Origin: Candidatus Enterousia sp.
GTDB taxonomy: Bacteria > Pseudomonadota > Alphaproteobacteria > Rs-D84
Assembly (NCBI GenBank): GCA_045651525.1
Contig: JAZRSO010000002.1
Location: 4,837 to 68,836 of the forward strand
DNA: 64,000 bases
Reading direction: 5' to 3'
Positions 37,003 to 47,500 of this stretch are shown in pieces. Position 1 is the stretch's first letter. Each line of letters opens with the position of its first letter. Below the pieces are notes generated by a model. The model saw nothing but the letters and a program-made list of their open reading frames with translations. It was not told where the DNA came from and made no database searches. Both the position numbers and the translations under genes were made by a program.

Positions 37003-38279
37003 ATCGGATTTGTATTTTCTTTTGGGGCGGAACCATTTTGCAAAATGCTTGCTCTGGTTTTTAATCGTGATTTAATTTCTTCTTTTTTTTCTTGTATATA
37101 CGCAGCTCTGGATTTATCTGACATTTTTTGCGGTTGTTTTTCGTAATCAAGAATAAACATTTGCTTTTTGTTTAATTTGTTTGACATCGATTCAAGATGA
37201 TATTTTCCGTCTTTGCCTGTGACAAAATAATCTTGACCTGAAAATTCACCGCGCTCATTAAAAAATGCGCAACTGGCGGGCTTGCCATCCTTAAACATTA
37301 CCCTTGCAGTTAAGCGCCCATTATTGAAAAATGTGCACTCATACGGCTTGCCGTGATTATATCTTTTTTCCGCAATTTTACCTTTATTTATATGGCCTGA
37401 CCGCGCAAAGAAATGCGAGTAATATATCTCGCCAGATAAAAATTCTTGAACACAGGCAATATCGTCTGTTGGAAACAGAAACATATATTTTGTATTACCA
37501 TCACTATCCTTGGTTTCAAACATTTCATTCCAATGGCGTTTGCCGGCACGTTTGTTTAATTCTTGTAAAAATTCTTCTTTTGACAGAAACCGCAAATCAG
37601 GAACCATTCTATCAAAATTTATCGCGTCATCATAATAAAACGGTGGCAGAAACGCAATACCTGTGATTTGTTCTGGGGTTATATGATGGCGCGTTCTAGT
37701 ATCACTGTTATCGTCTATTATTATTTCACTATCTGGGACATCAAATTTAATCAATATTGGAAAATCTATGGCATAATTTCCATCTGTATAAAAATTCAAT
37801 TTTCCATCAGGTTTTATATATTCTGGTTTTGCATTGTCTTTCAATAAAGTCAAAAAATCTTTATACTGCAAGGCTGCGCCATCTGTTTTTGCAAAATCTT
37901 CTAATCTTTGTTGTATAGTATTGAGAAATCTAACAATTCCATATTCAAACTCCCCAGCACCCCAACTGGTTGTTGCCTTGGCATATTCTGGGGCAGCATA
38001 ATATTTTGGCCAATATGAAGAATCCGCTTCCAAAACCCCAAACGGACCATTTCCTTGCTGTGCCTGTTTTTTACGAATATATATACTAGAAAAAGACCCT
38101 GAATCAATAAAACCAGCATATTTATCAAAAAATTCATCTGTTAAAATATCCGGTTTTATATATTTAGACAAAATATTTCTAATTTCTGCATACTTGCCAG
38201 CAGTGTCCGAAACACCCAAACCATTTTTTATTATATTACTTATAAATCTGGAACTGGTTCCATGATATAAAGTCGCCAT
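36966..38279 (-). CDS. ADP-ribosyltransferase-like N-terminal domain plus MORN-like repeats
   Basis: LYHGTSSRFISNIIKNGL start motif; C-terminal YNHGK/FNNGR/FKDGK/FNERG repeats. Confidence 0.6.
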   Translation of the reverse strand: MATLYHGTSSRFISNIIKNGLGVSDTAGKYAEIRNILSKYIKPDILTDEFFDKYAGFIDSGSFSSIYIRKKQAQQGNGPFGVLEADSSYWPKYYAAPEYAKATTSWGAGEFEYGIVRFLNTIQQRLEDFAKTDGAALQYKDFLTLLKDNAKPEYIKPDGKLNFYTDGNYAIDFPILIKFDVPDSEIIIDDNSDTRTRHHITPEQITGIAFLPPFYYDDAINFDRMVPDLRFLSKEEFLQELNKRAGKRHWNEMFETKDSDGNTKYMFLFPTDDIACVQEFLSGEIYYSHFFARSGHINKGKIAEKRYNHGKPYECTFFNNGRLTARVMFKDGKPASCAFFNERGEFSGQDYFVTGKDGKYHLESMSNKLNKKQMFILDYEKQPQKMSDKSRAAYIQEKKEEIKSRLKTRASILQNGSAPKENTNPMLRIANRDYTQS

Positions 38280-38412
38280 AAAAATCCCCTTGGTTATGTA
38301 TAAATCATATCACAAAACAGCACTTTTTTCAACCGGGGGGGCTTTTATAAAATAGACTTTTTTTCAATTTTATGCTATAATTTCAACTAACAAGAAAATA
38401 AAAACAAAGCAA

Positions 38413-39141
38413 ATGAATACAACAATTGAAAAATTAAAATCCGCAACAGATAAGATAAAATCAAAAGAAATTATCTTATACCATGTCATTACACCAATAG
38501 ACGATGCGACCTTTAATCAAATTAAACAATCAGGTTACTTTAATCCATCACACAATGCGTTGGGCGGACAAAGTAACGGATATTATTTTTTCACCAATCG
38601 TCAGGCCGCAGAATATCACATTGAAACAATGCAAGATACGTGGGAAACAGACCCTGCAAAACGCGCATACTTGGCCGAATGTAAAATTAATCTTGCTGAC
38701 GTTAAATATCCAGATTGGCAACTTGATTACGAAGCAATGCAAGATTTTCTGTTCGATATGATTTTAGATGCGGCAAAAAATAACACCATCTGTTTTGACG
38801 ATATAAAAATCAGCGCAAGTGAAAATAAAACAATGCAATTATCTGTAAATGGAAAATTTTCACGAATAAAAAGCTTTAACGCAAGTAGTCATTCAGGAAT
38901 TGTAGAACGTATTTCAGATTTTTTATACCAAAGCAACAAAGAATTCCGCAGAAAATATGATGATTTATTAAATGAAGTATTCTGTGGCACTGGCGAAAAT
39001 CAAAACCTGTATGCGGTAAAAACAAAGACAAAACAAAAAATTACAAATATTACAAAAATAGAACAAAAGCCAACTGTGGCTGTCGCACCCAGTTCACAAA
39101 TAAGCAAATTTTTATCACGCTATAAAAAAAGAGGCATTTAA
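38413..39141 (+). CDS. PARP/ART-like protein
   Basis: ILYH...IKQSGY...GGQSNGYYFFT..AAEY (H-Y-Y pattern) and LDYE. Confidence 0.6.
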   Translation: MNTTIEKLKSATDKIKSKEIILYHVITPIDDATFNQIKQSGYFNPSHNALGGQSNGYYFFTNRQAAEYHIETMQDTWETDPAKRAYLAECKINLADVKYPDWQLDYEAMQDFLFDMILDAAKNNTICFDDIKISASENKTMQLSVNGKFSRIKSFNASSHSGIVERISDFLYQSNKEFRRKYDDLLNEVFCGTGENQNLYAVKTKTKQKITNITKIEQKPTVAVAPSSQISKFLSRYKKRGI

Positions 39142-39144
39142 ATT

Positions 39145-39903
39145 ATGAATAAAACACATCAAGAAATGACCGAACTGCTTGACGCAATGGAATCCACAGA
39201 AAAATGGAACAAAATAACACGTGCCAAAAACGAAGTTTTTCGCAAAAAATTAGACAAAGATGCAGCAGAAAAATTTTCCGACTATGTCACACAAAGACTT
39301 ATTGACACATGCAATGACAAATCTATATTCGGCAGTTTTTATAATTGGGAATCAAAATCAATCGCAGAAAAAATATCTATAACTGAAAAAATCGTAAAAG
39401 TCTTTACACGCAATATTAAAGACGACATTTTAAACAATCGCGTACAATTACATAATCGTGATGGCAGTGATTATAAATACACCAATGACACAATTGATAC
39501 CGCATTCAAAGAAGATATTATCAACAGCATCCCAAGTCTGGACGTACAAGACAGAGATGTCCCAGGTGCAATGATGGGCGTATCACGCGACAGAATTTTA
39601 TATATAAACTATCAATTTATATTATATCAAAATGCTGCGTTATTCTTTTTAATGGATTTAAAACATGAACTGACACACTTTATAGACATATTCATACCAT
39701 CAATCAGCATTATAGACCCAGACATAAATCTTGACGCGCAAATGTTTTATGCAAACCCACAGCGCGACAGACAGTTGTATGATGAAAATCCGCTGGAATT
39801 AAACGCAAACCAAAAACGCAAAGACGTTCGTCTAAAATTAAAACAAATGCTGGAAAACCAAGAATCGGTAATTCTTGCAAACAGTAAAGATAATACAAAA
39901 TAA
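39145..39903 (+). CDS. HEXXH zinc metallopeptidase-like protein
   Basis: LYIN...LKHELTHFID...YDENPLELNA. Confidence 0.7.
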   Translation: MNKTHQEMTELLDAMESTEKWNKITRAKNEVFRKKLDKDAAEKFSDYVTQRLIDTCNDKSIFGSFYNWESKSIAEKISITEKIVKVFTRNIKDDILNNRVQLHNRDGSDYKYTNDTIDTAFKEDIINSIPSLDVQDRDVPGAMMGVSRDRILYINYQFILYQNAALFFLMDLKHELTHFIDIFIPSISIIDPDINLDAQMFYANPQRDRQLYDENPLELNANQKRKDVRLKLKQMLENQESVILANSKDNTK

Positions 39904-39929
39904 CAAAACCGCCAAAATGGCGGTTTTTA

Positions 39930-40472
39930 TTACTTTGTTTTTTGCAAATTATACGTATCTATAACACGGCGCATATTTTTTGTTTCTTCATAGATTTCAG
40001 AATAATCTATTTCGGCTTGCGCGTGCTGTGGATGCTGTTCTGAGAAACTTTTTTCACGCAAAAACTGTGCATCAATAATGTTCTTGCGTTTTAATTTATC
40101 AAAATACCTTTCTGCAATTTCTATATTTTGTCGTTCTTCTTGGGCAGACTTTAACCTGATTTGGAAATCTTCGCGATTTTTTAAAGTAGACAACCATGTT
40201 GCAATTTCATAATAAGGTACAGATTTGCTGGTCGATGCGCGTTCGGACACTTCTTTTTCATATTCCGCCACCAATTCTTCTAAATTTAATTGTTTGTCAG
40301 ATATAAATTCTTGGCTTGTTTTTAAAACTTCTTTGGCTGTACGGCAATTTTGTCTGGAAAAAATTTTACATTCTTTGCCAAGTGACATTTTTGCAATCGC
40401 GTTATAAACATTTAACACAATATTATAAAAATCACGTACTTTCGCATTTTGTTTAATTGGGAACAACTTCAT
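39930..40472 (-). CDS. Hypothetical protein
   Basis: AAGAGG RBS before MKLFPIK; ends NLQKTK. Confidence 0.7.
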   Translation of the reverse strand: MKLFPIKQNAKVRDFYNIVLNVYNAIAKMSLGKECKIFSRQNCRTAKEVLKTSQEFISDKQLNLEELVAEYEKEVSERASTSKSVPYYEIATWLSTLKNREDFQIRLKSAQEERQNIEIAERYFDKLKRKNIIDAQFLREKSFSEQHPQHAQAEIDYSEIYEETKNMRRVIDTYNLQKTK

Positions 40473-40580
40473 TTTCAACCTCTTTTTTGTGCATAGGGGC
40501 AGAACACTATCAAACAATCGTTTGAATATCAATATATTTTTTTGTTTGCAAATTAATTTGCATTCGTATATCGTGCAAAT

Positions 40581-41693
40581 ATGAATAAAATCCTAGATAA
40601 AAATATATTGATTACGTTATGGTATGCAGACGGCTTGCATGGTGGCGTGAAGTATTCTGCAGAGCTTGGTAATTTTTTTCATTCTATTGGTTATAATGTA
40701 TATCTATGTGCTGTAAAAACCAAAGATGATACAAAAAAATTTCTTGCACAAAATCACATAACAGTATTTGATATTCACAACGATTTACCAGATGTTGATT
40801 TCGACATTGTTTGGGCGCACCATTGGCCAATATTTCCATATCTGATACGCAAAGGATTGCGATATAAAAAACTGATAAATTCATGTATATCTAGTGTTTT
40901 GTTTTTGGAACGTCCGATTATGTTAGATAATAATATTGATATGTATTTATGTCTGACACAATCAATGAAAGAAACACTTGCAACACAATATAATATTACA
41001 GACAACAAAATACATGTTTTACCAAATACTGCACCAGATGAATTCTTTATACAAAAACCGCAAAACAAAAATATTACCAATATCGCAATCGTTTCAAATC
41101 ATGTACCCCAAGAATTATTAGACGCTGTTAAAATATTTGAACACAACAAAATTGCAGTGACAATTTATGGCGGTAAAAATCCCGTAAATATAACACCTGA
41201 TGTTTTGGCACGGCATGACGTAATCATATCAATTGGAAAAACAGTTCAATATTGTCTGGCAATGGGCAAACCTGTATATAACTATGACTATTTTGGTGGC
41301 AGTGGATATATTACCCCAGAAAATATTGACATAGAAGAAAAACAAAATTTTTCAGGGCGCAGTTTTTACACCAAGAAAACAGCACAACAAATAGTTGACG
41401 AAATCATAAATCAATATACATATGTTGTTAGCCTGCAAAACGACCTGAGAAAAATAGCAGATACACGATACAAACTGTCAGTACAAATAAATCGCATTTT
41501 AAATAAACTGGCAAAAACACCATACAAGGAACCATTAACAGAAAACAACGATTGCAGATTACTTATTGATTATTGCTGTTTGGTTGTTGATGGTACCAGT
41601 GCATCTTCTTTGCAAGATTTTCCAAAGACACCTAAACAAAAAGAAAAACCATTAAAACGCCTGATAAGACATATAAAACATTTAAAATTTTAA
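40581..41693 (+). CDS. GT-B (GT4-like) glycosyltransferase
   Basis: LHGG..YSAEL, DIVWAHHWP, VIISIGKTVQYCLAMGKPVY. Confidence 0.75.
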   Translation: MNKILDKNILITLWYADGLHGGVKYSAELGNFFHSIGYNVYLCAVKTKDDTKKFLAQNHITVFDIHNDLPDVDFDIVWAHHWPIFPYLIRKGLRYKKLINSCISSVLFLERPIMLDNNIDMYLCLTQSMKETLATQYNITDNKIHVLPNTAPDEFFIQKPQNKNITNIAIVSNHVPQELLDAVKIFEHNKIAVTIYGGKNPVNITPDVLARHDVIISIGKTVQYCLAMGKPVYNYDYFGGSGYITPENIDIEEKQNFSGRSFYTKKTAQQIVDEIINQYTYVVSLQNDLRKIADTRYKLSVQINRILNKLAKTPYKEPLTENNDCRLLIDYCCLVVDGTSASSLQDFPKTPKQKEKPLKRLIRHIKHLKF

Positions 41694-41826
41694 TCCAATA
41701 CATAATAAAATTTAACCAAACCCCAAAAACAGACTTATGAACCTGTTTTTTGCGTATATCAAAGGTTGCTTTTCTTTTTTTTAATACTATAATGTCAATT
41801 CAGAATCAAAAAAACAGGAAAAAACA

Positions 41827-42756
41827 ATGTCTAAGCGGCTATTTATTTTTGCGGGATACGACAAAGACTGTATCGTAGATGAAACACTGTTGCATTATTT
41901 AAAATCACTGTCTGAATTGGGTGACATTATTTTTACAATGGATAACAGTCTGTCAGATACAGAAGCAAGCAAAATAAAATCCATAAAAAACATATTGTCT
42001 GTAACAGCTGTAAATCATGGCGAATATGATTTCGGTTCATACAAACGTGGTTTTCAATATGCAAAAAAGAATAAACTGCTGGATAAATATGACTGGGTTT
42101 ATTTTGTAAATGACAGCGTTTATGGTCCGTTGTTTGATATAAAAAATATATTGGAAGATTTGGAATCCCGTGGCGTGGATTTAATCGGTATGACAGACTT
42201 TCAAAACAAACCAACACCACTGCAGGTGCAATCTTGGTTTGTCGGAATAAGTCAACGCGTCGCAAACGAACAGTTCTTATCCGATTTTATGAACAATGTC
42301 ACACACGAAGTTGCAAAACAACTGATTATTTTAAAATACGAAGTAGGTTTATCACAGACTATTTTAAAGCACGGCTACAAAATGGCCACGTTTATATCAG
42401 GACAAGACGGCGAACGTTCGCACGACATGTATCAACAACCGATTGAAATGTTAAAACACGGAATTCCTTTTGTAAAAAAAACCGCATTAGAGGCGCTGGG
42501 TGGTTTGCAATTCTTGTACCCATACACAACATTACAAATCGTTGATAATATTTACAAACATGCTGTACGCAATAAAATTCCGCTAACATTGGCGACAGAA
42601 AATGCTAAATATAAAAAATGTTTCAGATTAACATTATTCAGCATCCCCTTTATCACTATTCACCGTCAACACGCAAACGGCAGTAAACACACAAGCTATA
42701 AAATGTATTTGCTTGATAAGTTGCCTATTTTAAAAATAACAACTACAGAGGTATAA
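41827..42756 (+). CDS. Rhamnan synthesis (RgpF/WsaF-like) glycosyltransferase
   Basis: KRLFIFAGYD, EYDFGSYKRG, VNDSVYGP, VQSWF, KYEVGLSQ, PFVKK. Confidence 0.8.
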   Translation: MSKRLFIFAGYDKDCIVDETLLHYLKSLSELGDIIFTMDNSLSDTEASKIKSIKNILSVTAVNHGEYDFGSYKRGFQYAKKNKLLDKYDWVYFVNDSVYGPLFDIKNILEDLESRGVDLIGMTDFQNKPTPLQVQSWFVGISQRVANEQFLSDFMNNVTHEVAKQLIILKYEVGLSQTILKHGYKMATFISGQDGERSHDMYQQPIEMLKHGIPFVKKTALEALGGLQFLYPYTTLQIVDNIYKHAVRNKIPLTLATENAKYKKCFRLTLFSIPFITIHRQHANGSKHTSYKMYLLDKLPILKITTTEV

Positions 42757-42762
42757 CAAAGA

Positions 42763-43746
42763 ATGCGTTTTTTTAAACAGCGACGTTTAAAAAAAGAATA
42801 TAATACCGTCAAGAATTCAAAGTTGTTTGATTCTGACTGGTATTTAAAAACATATCCTGATGTTGTTGATGATAACACAGACCCAATTGTACACTATTTA
42901 AAGTTTGGATGGCGCGAAGGACGTAATCCAGGGCCAAACTTTAATACATCAATATACACTTCACAAATACCAGAATGTTTATCCAAAAACATTTGCCCAC
43001 TGATTCATTACGAAACACACAAACCGAAAAATATTCAGCTAACAGAACAATCTTGTGATGATATTGCGTTCTCAGTAATCGTTCCAACATACAACAGATG
43101 TGCAATGTTGTTAAAGGCGATTTATAGCTTGCTGGCACAAACGCATGAAAATTTTGAAATAATTATTGTTGACGACGGTTCAGACGATGATACGAAAGGA
43201 ATGATACACGAACTGTTTGCAGAACACATTAAAACCAATAAAATAAAATACATATACACCACGAATTCTGGTGTTTGTGCCGCACGAAATACAGGATTAC
43301 AGCACGCACAAAACGATTGGATTGCATATCTTGACTCTGACAACAGTGTGTTTCCTAATTTTTTAAACACTTTTGCAAAGGCAATTAAAACGAATTCCCA
43401 AGAAAACAAGATTTTCTATTGTATGGGGAAAACTATGTTGGGCCGGACAATAGGTCAAGATTTTAACTTTAAGCAATTATTGATTGGAAACTATATTGAT
43501 CTTGGCACGTTGGTACATCACAAAGATATTTTTAATGAACTGGGGGGATTTGATGAAAATATGACCCGCTTGGTTGATTGGGAACTGATTGTCAGATATA
43601 CAAAACATCATAAACCTGTTTTTATCAAAGAAGTTTGTATGCTGTACAACGATTCCGATGACCAATCAAGAATAACAAATCGTTGCGATTTGTGTAAAAA
43701 CATCGCATACGCAAAACAAGTTTTTAAGAAAAACCGTTTAATCTAA
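42763..43746 (+). CDS. GT2 glycosyltransferase with N-terminal 'YLxxYPDV..EGRNP' repeat
   Basis: FSVIVPTYNR, VDDGSDD, ARNTG, YLDSDN, GGFDE..DWEL. Confidence 0.9.
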   Translation: MRFFKQRRLKKEYNTVKNSKLFDSDWYLKTYPDVVDDNTDPIVHYLKFGWREGRNPGPNFNTSIYTSQIPECLSKNICPLIHYETHKPKNIQLTEQSCDDIAFSVIVPTYNRCAMLLKAIYSLLAQTHENFEIIIVDDGSDDDTKGMIHELFAEHIKTNKIKYIYTTNSGVCAARNTGLQHAQNDWIAYLDSDNSVFPNFLNTFAKAIKTNSQENKIFYCMGKTMLGRTIGQDFNFKQLLIGNYIDLGTLVHHKDIFNELGGFDENMTRLVDWELIVRYTKHHKPVFIKEVCMLYNDSDDQSRITNRCDLCKNIAYAKQVFKKNRLI

Positions 43747-43759
43747 AGGACAAAGTAGC

Positions 43760-44509
43760 ATGTTTTGGTTAAAATTGAAAAAAGCACTTGGATTAATTAG
43801 AACAAAAAAGTACGAAGAAATCGTATTATTCAATAAAATTCGTAATTCTGGTATGTTTGATGAACAATACTATTTACATAAATACCCAGATGTAAAACAG
43901 GCAAAATCACACCCAATACATCACTATATAACCCACGGCTGGCGCGAGGGACGAAATCCGTCAACACATTTTGATAACGATGCGTACCTGTCGGACAATC
44001 CAGACGTCGCATCTGCAAACGTTTGTCCACTGGTGCACTATATAAACTATGGAAAATTAGAAGGGCGCTCTGTTCGCGAATTACCCTCGGCTCCACAAAA
44101 CAGAACAATTACCCAAGGTGCATACAAGGCATTAAAAAAATCAAAATTATTTAATAAAAAGTGGTATCTAAAAACATACAATGATGTTAAACGCGCAAAA
44201 GTTGACGCGATTGAACACTATATTGTTCACGGTGCAAACGAAGGACGCAATCCATCAAAATATTTTAATACATTATACTATTTGAAATCTAATCCTGATG
44301 TGAAACAGGCCGGCATGAACCCATTATATCACTATATAAGATACGGCAAAGGCGAAGGCCGCACAATAAGAACAGTGTCCGGCAAAACAATAAAACCAAA
44401 GCGCACATTAAAACAAAAAATTAAATACGCATGGGAATATCCTGTACGCGTACACGATGAATATCATCGTCTGAAAGACGAAATCAAAAAAATTAAAAGC
44501 GGCAAATAA
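43760..44509 (+). CDS. Protein built from four 'FD..YL..YPDV..P..HY..G..EGR' repeats
   Basis: Repeats visible in the translation; same repeat in the upstream GT2. Confidence 0.8.
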   Translation: MFWLKLKKALGLIRTKKYEEIVLFNKIRNSGMFDEQYYLHKYPDVKQAKSHPIHHYITHGWREGRNPSTHFDNDAYLSDNPDVASANVCPLVHYINYGKLEGRSVRELPSAPQNRTITQGAYKALKKSKLFNKKWYLKTYNDVKRAKVDAIEHYIVHGANEGRNPSKYFNTLYYLKSNPDVKQAGMNPLYHYIRYGKGEGRTIRTVSGKTIKPKRTLKQKIKYAWEYPVRVHDEYHRLKDEIKKIKSGK

Positions 44510-44524
44510 TACAGGGGTTGGGTT

Positions 44525-47500
44525 ATGGTAAAGAAAATTACAAAAAAGTTAGTAAAATCAACAAACGCACGCACAGGTAAAAACATTAAAACCATTACCG
44601 TAAAAAATGCGGACGGCGAACCTGATACAACAGCAACAATTTTGGTTCAAAATAAGATTTCTTATACACCAAAAGTATCCGTAATTATTCCTGTATATAA
44701 CGTTGAAAAATATTTGCGCGAATGTTTAGACAGTGTTTGCAATCAAACATTAAAAGAAATTGAAATAATATGCGTAGACGATGGATCCACAGATTCTTCT
44801 TTGGACATTTTGAAAGAATACGCAAAAAAAGACAATCGTATAACTGTGATTGGCCAGCAAAATCTGCACGCAGGCGTCGCCCGCAACGCAGGTCTGGCAG
44901 TTGCACGCGGGGAATATTTATCGTTCCTGGACAGTGATGATTTCTTTGAAACAAATATGTTTGAAAAAATGTATAACAAGGCAATTGAAACATCTGCTGA
45001 AATATGTACCTGCCATGTACGCATATATAATATGTCAAAAAACACGTATGAAAATTGTTCGTGGGGATTACATGATGATTTGATTCCAGTCAAACAACCT
45101 TTTGCCGCAAAAGATATCTATGAAAAAATATATCAATTCAATCAAGGGTGGGTATGGGATAAAATTTACAAAAAATCGTTTGTACAAAAAAATAAAGTAC
45201 GTTTTCAATCCCAAAGATCTTCAAACGATGTGTTTTTCTGCTTTTGCAATCTGACTCTTGCTACAAAAATTATTGTTATTCCAGACGCTTTGGTAACACA
45301 CAGATTACATGTAAAAGGTTCACTGGAAAACACAAGAGAAAAATCTTATTTCAATATTGTGAACGCTGTAACAAAAATTAAAGGGTTCTTAGAAGCAAAA
45401 GATCTGTATAAAAGTGTCAAAGTCAGCTTTGTTAACTTTGCCATATCTAACATTATATGGAATTATGAAACATTAAAAGAACCTATAAAAACTTTTCTAC
45501 TGGAATATATCAATAAATTTTATAAAGAATTATTTAATAGCATAAATACGAAACAATACTTCAATCAGGCCAATTATGAAAAAATGCAAAACATATTAAA
45601 TAAAAGACACATGGGAAATCCCGCAGACTATATACCTGTTGTACTTGCGACAAATAAAAACTATTGTTTGCCATGTGTTGTAACGATAAACAGCATAATT
45701 CAAAATGCGGACAAAACAAAAAAATATGCTGTATTCGTATTACATTCAGAATTGGACAATACAGACATAGAGCATTTAGAAAGCATGTGTACAGACAACG
45801 TCTTTGTACATTGTATTTCTGTCGATATAAACAGATTAGTTGGCAATAACTTTGACTATACAACTGCACATTATTCAAAAGAAATGTATTATCGCATTTT
45901 AATCGCTGACATGTTTGGCATATATAACAAAGTTATTTATATTGACTGCGACTTGGTCTTAAATACAGACATAGCTAATCTGTATCAAACTGATTTATGT
46001 GACAATGTTATTGCCGCTGTAATTAACCCTGTAATATATTCAACTGATTATATAAAAAACACATTGGGCGTTGAACCGGAAAAATATTTTAATTCCGGCG
46101 TCTTGATTATCAACATAAAAAAGTTCAAAGAGCTAAAAATAAAAGAACGTTGTCTAAACCTATTACAAGAAATTAAATCATTGCGTTTTCCAGACCAAGA
46201 TGTGTTAAACATAGCATGTCAGGGTTCTGTCCTTTATTTAGATATAAGATGGAATTATCAGTGGTTTTTCAAGATAGACAATATTCAATTGCCAACATAT
46301 TGCAAAGAACAATACGATATGGCAAGTTCAAACCCATACATAATACATTATTCATCGGGGAAAAAACCCTGGAAAATGCGTAATTTACGATACGCTGAAT
46401 TATGGTGGAAATACGCCAAGGGGACACCAGCATATATGTTCTATGCGAAACAAATTGATTACAAACAAGAACTATGCGATTGGTATTTACGTCTAAAGAA
46501 AGAAAATCTGAACCTTGACAACCCACAAACATTTAATGAAAAGATACAGTGGTTAAAACTTTATAATTCTACACCAGAAAAGACACTGTTGGCGGATAAA
46601 TATTTGGTACGCAACTGGGTTGCTGAAAAAATCGGTAAAAAATATTTGATTCCAATCTTGGGGGTTTACGATTCTTTTGATGAAATTGATTTTGACAAAC
46701 TGCCAAATCAATTCGTTATAAAATGCAATCATGGTTGCGGATACAATATAATTATAAAAGATAAGTCCAAAATAGATTTGTCAGCTGTAAAAATAAAGTT
46801 AGATAAATGGATGAATGAAAACTTCGCATTTCGTGCGGGTTGTGAGTTACACTATCTAAACATTCCACCAAAAATTATTATCGAAAAATATATCGAAAAC
46901 AAGCAATCAGTTGGTGGCGATTTATATGATTATAAGTTTTGGTGTTTTAATGGTCGTGTTCACTATATTCAGTTCTTGTCTGAACGCAATACAGACGGCT
47001 TAAAAATGGCGTTTTATGATAAAAATTGGAAAAAACAAGATTTTGTGTATTCTTATCCGCTGGACACAAAAACTATCGAACGCCCAGACAATCTTGATGA
47101 AATGATTGAATTGGCAGAAAAGCTATCTGCTGGCTTTAACCATGTGCGTGTTGATTTTTATCGCATGGATGATGGAACAATATATTTTGGGGAAATGACA
47201 TTTACATCAGCATCTGGAACGTGTAAATGGAATGACGAAAGTATAAATCATTATTTTGGCAAATTAATCGAGTTGCCAAAACTGGCATACAATATTGATA
47301 CTGGAGAATATTATAAACTGCCCAAAACTACACCTATCAAGAACAAGAAAAATAAAACAAACCGCATAAAACCATATTTGTTGTTCCCGTATTATTTATT
47401 ACAGAACATACATTTGAAACGAATTGCATATAATTGCAAAAAAATCAACAATCTGCCAGACATACACGCAGATGCATTTATACCTTTGGGCAACAAATGT

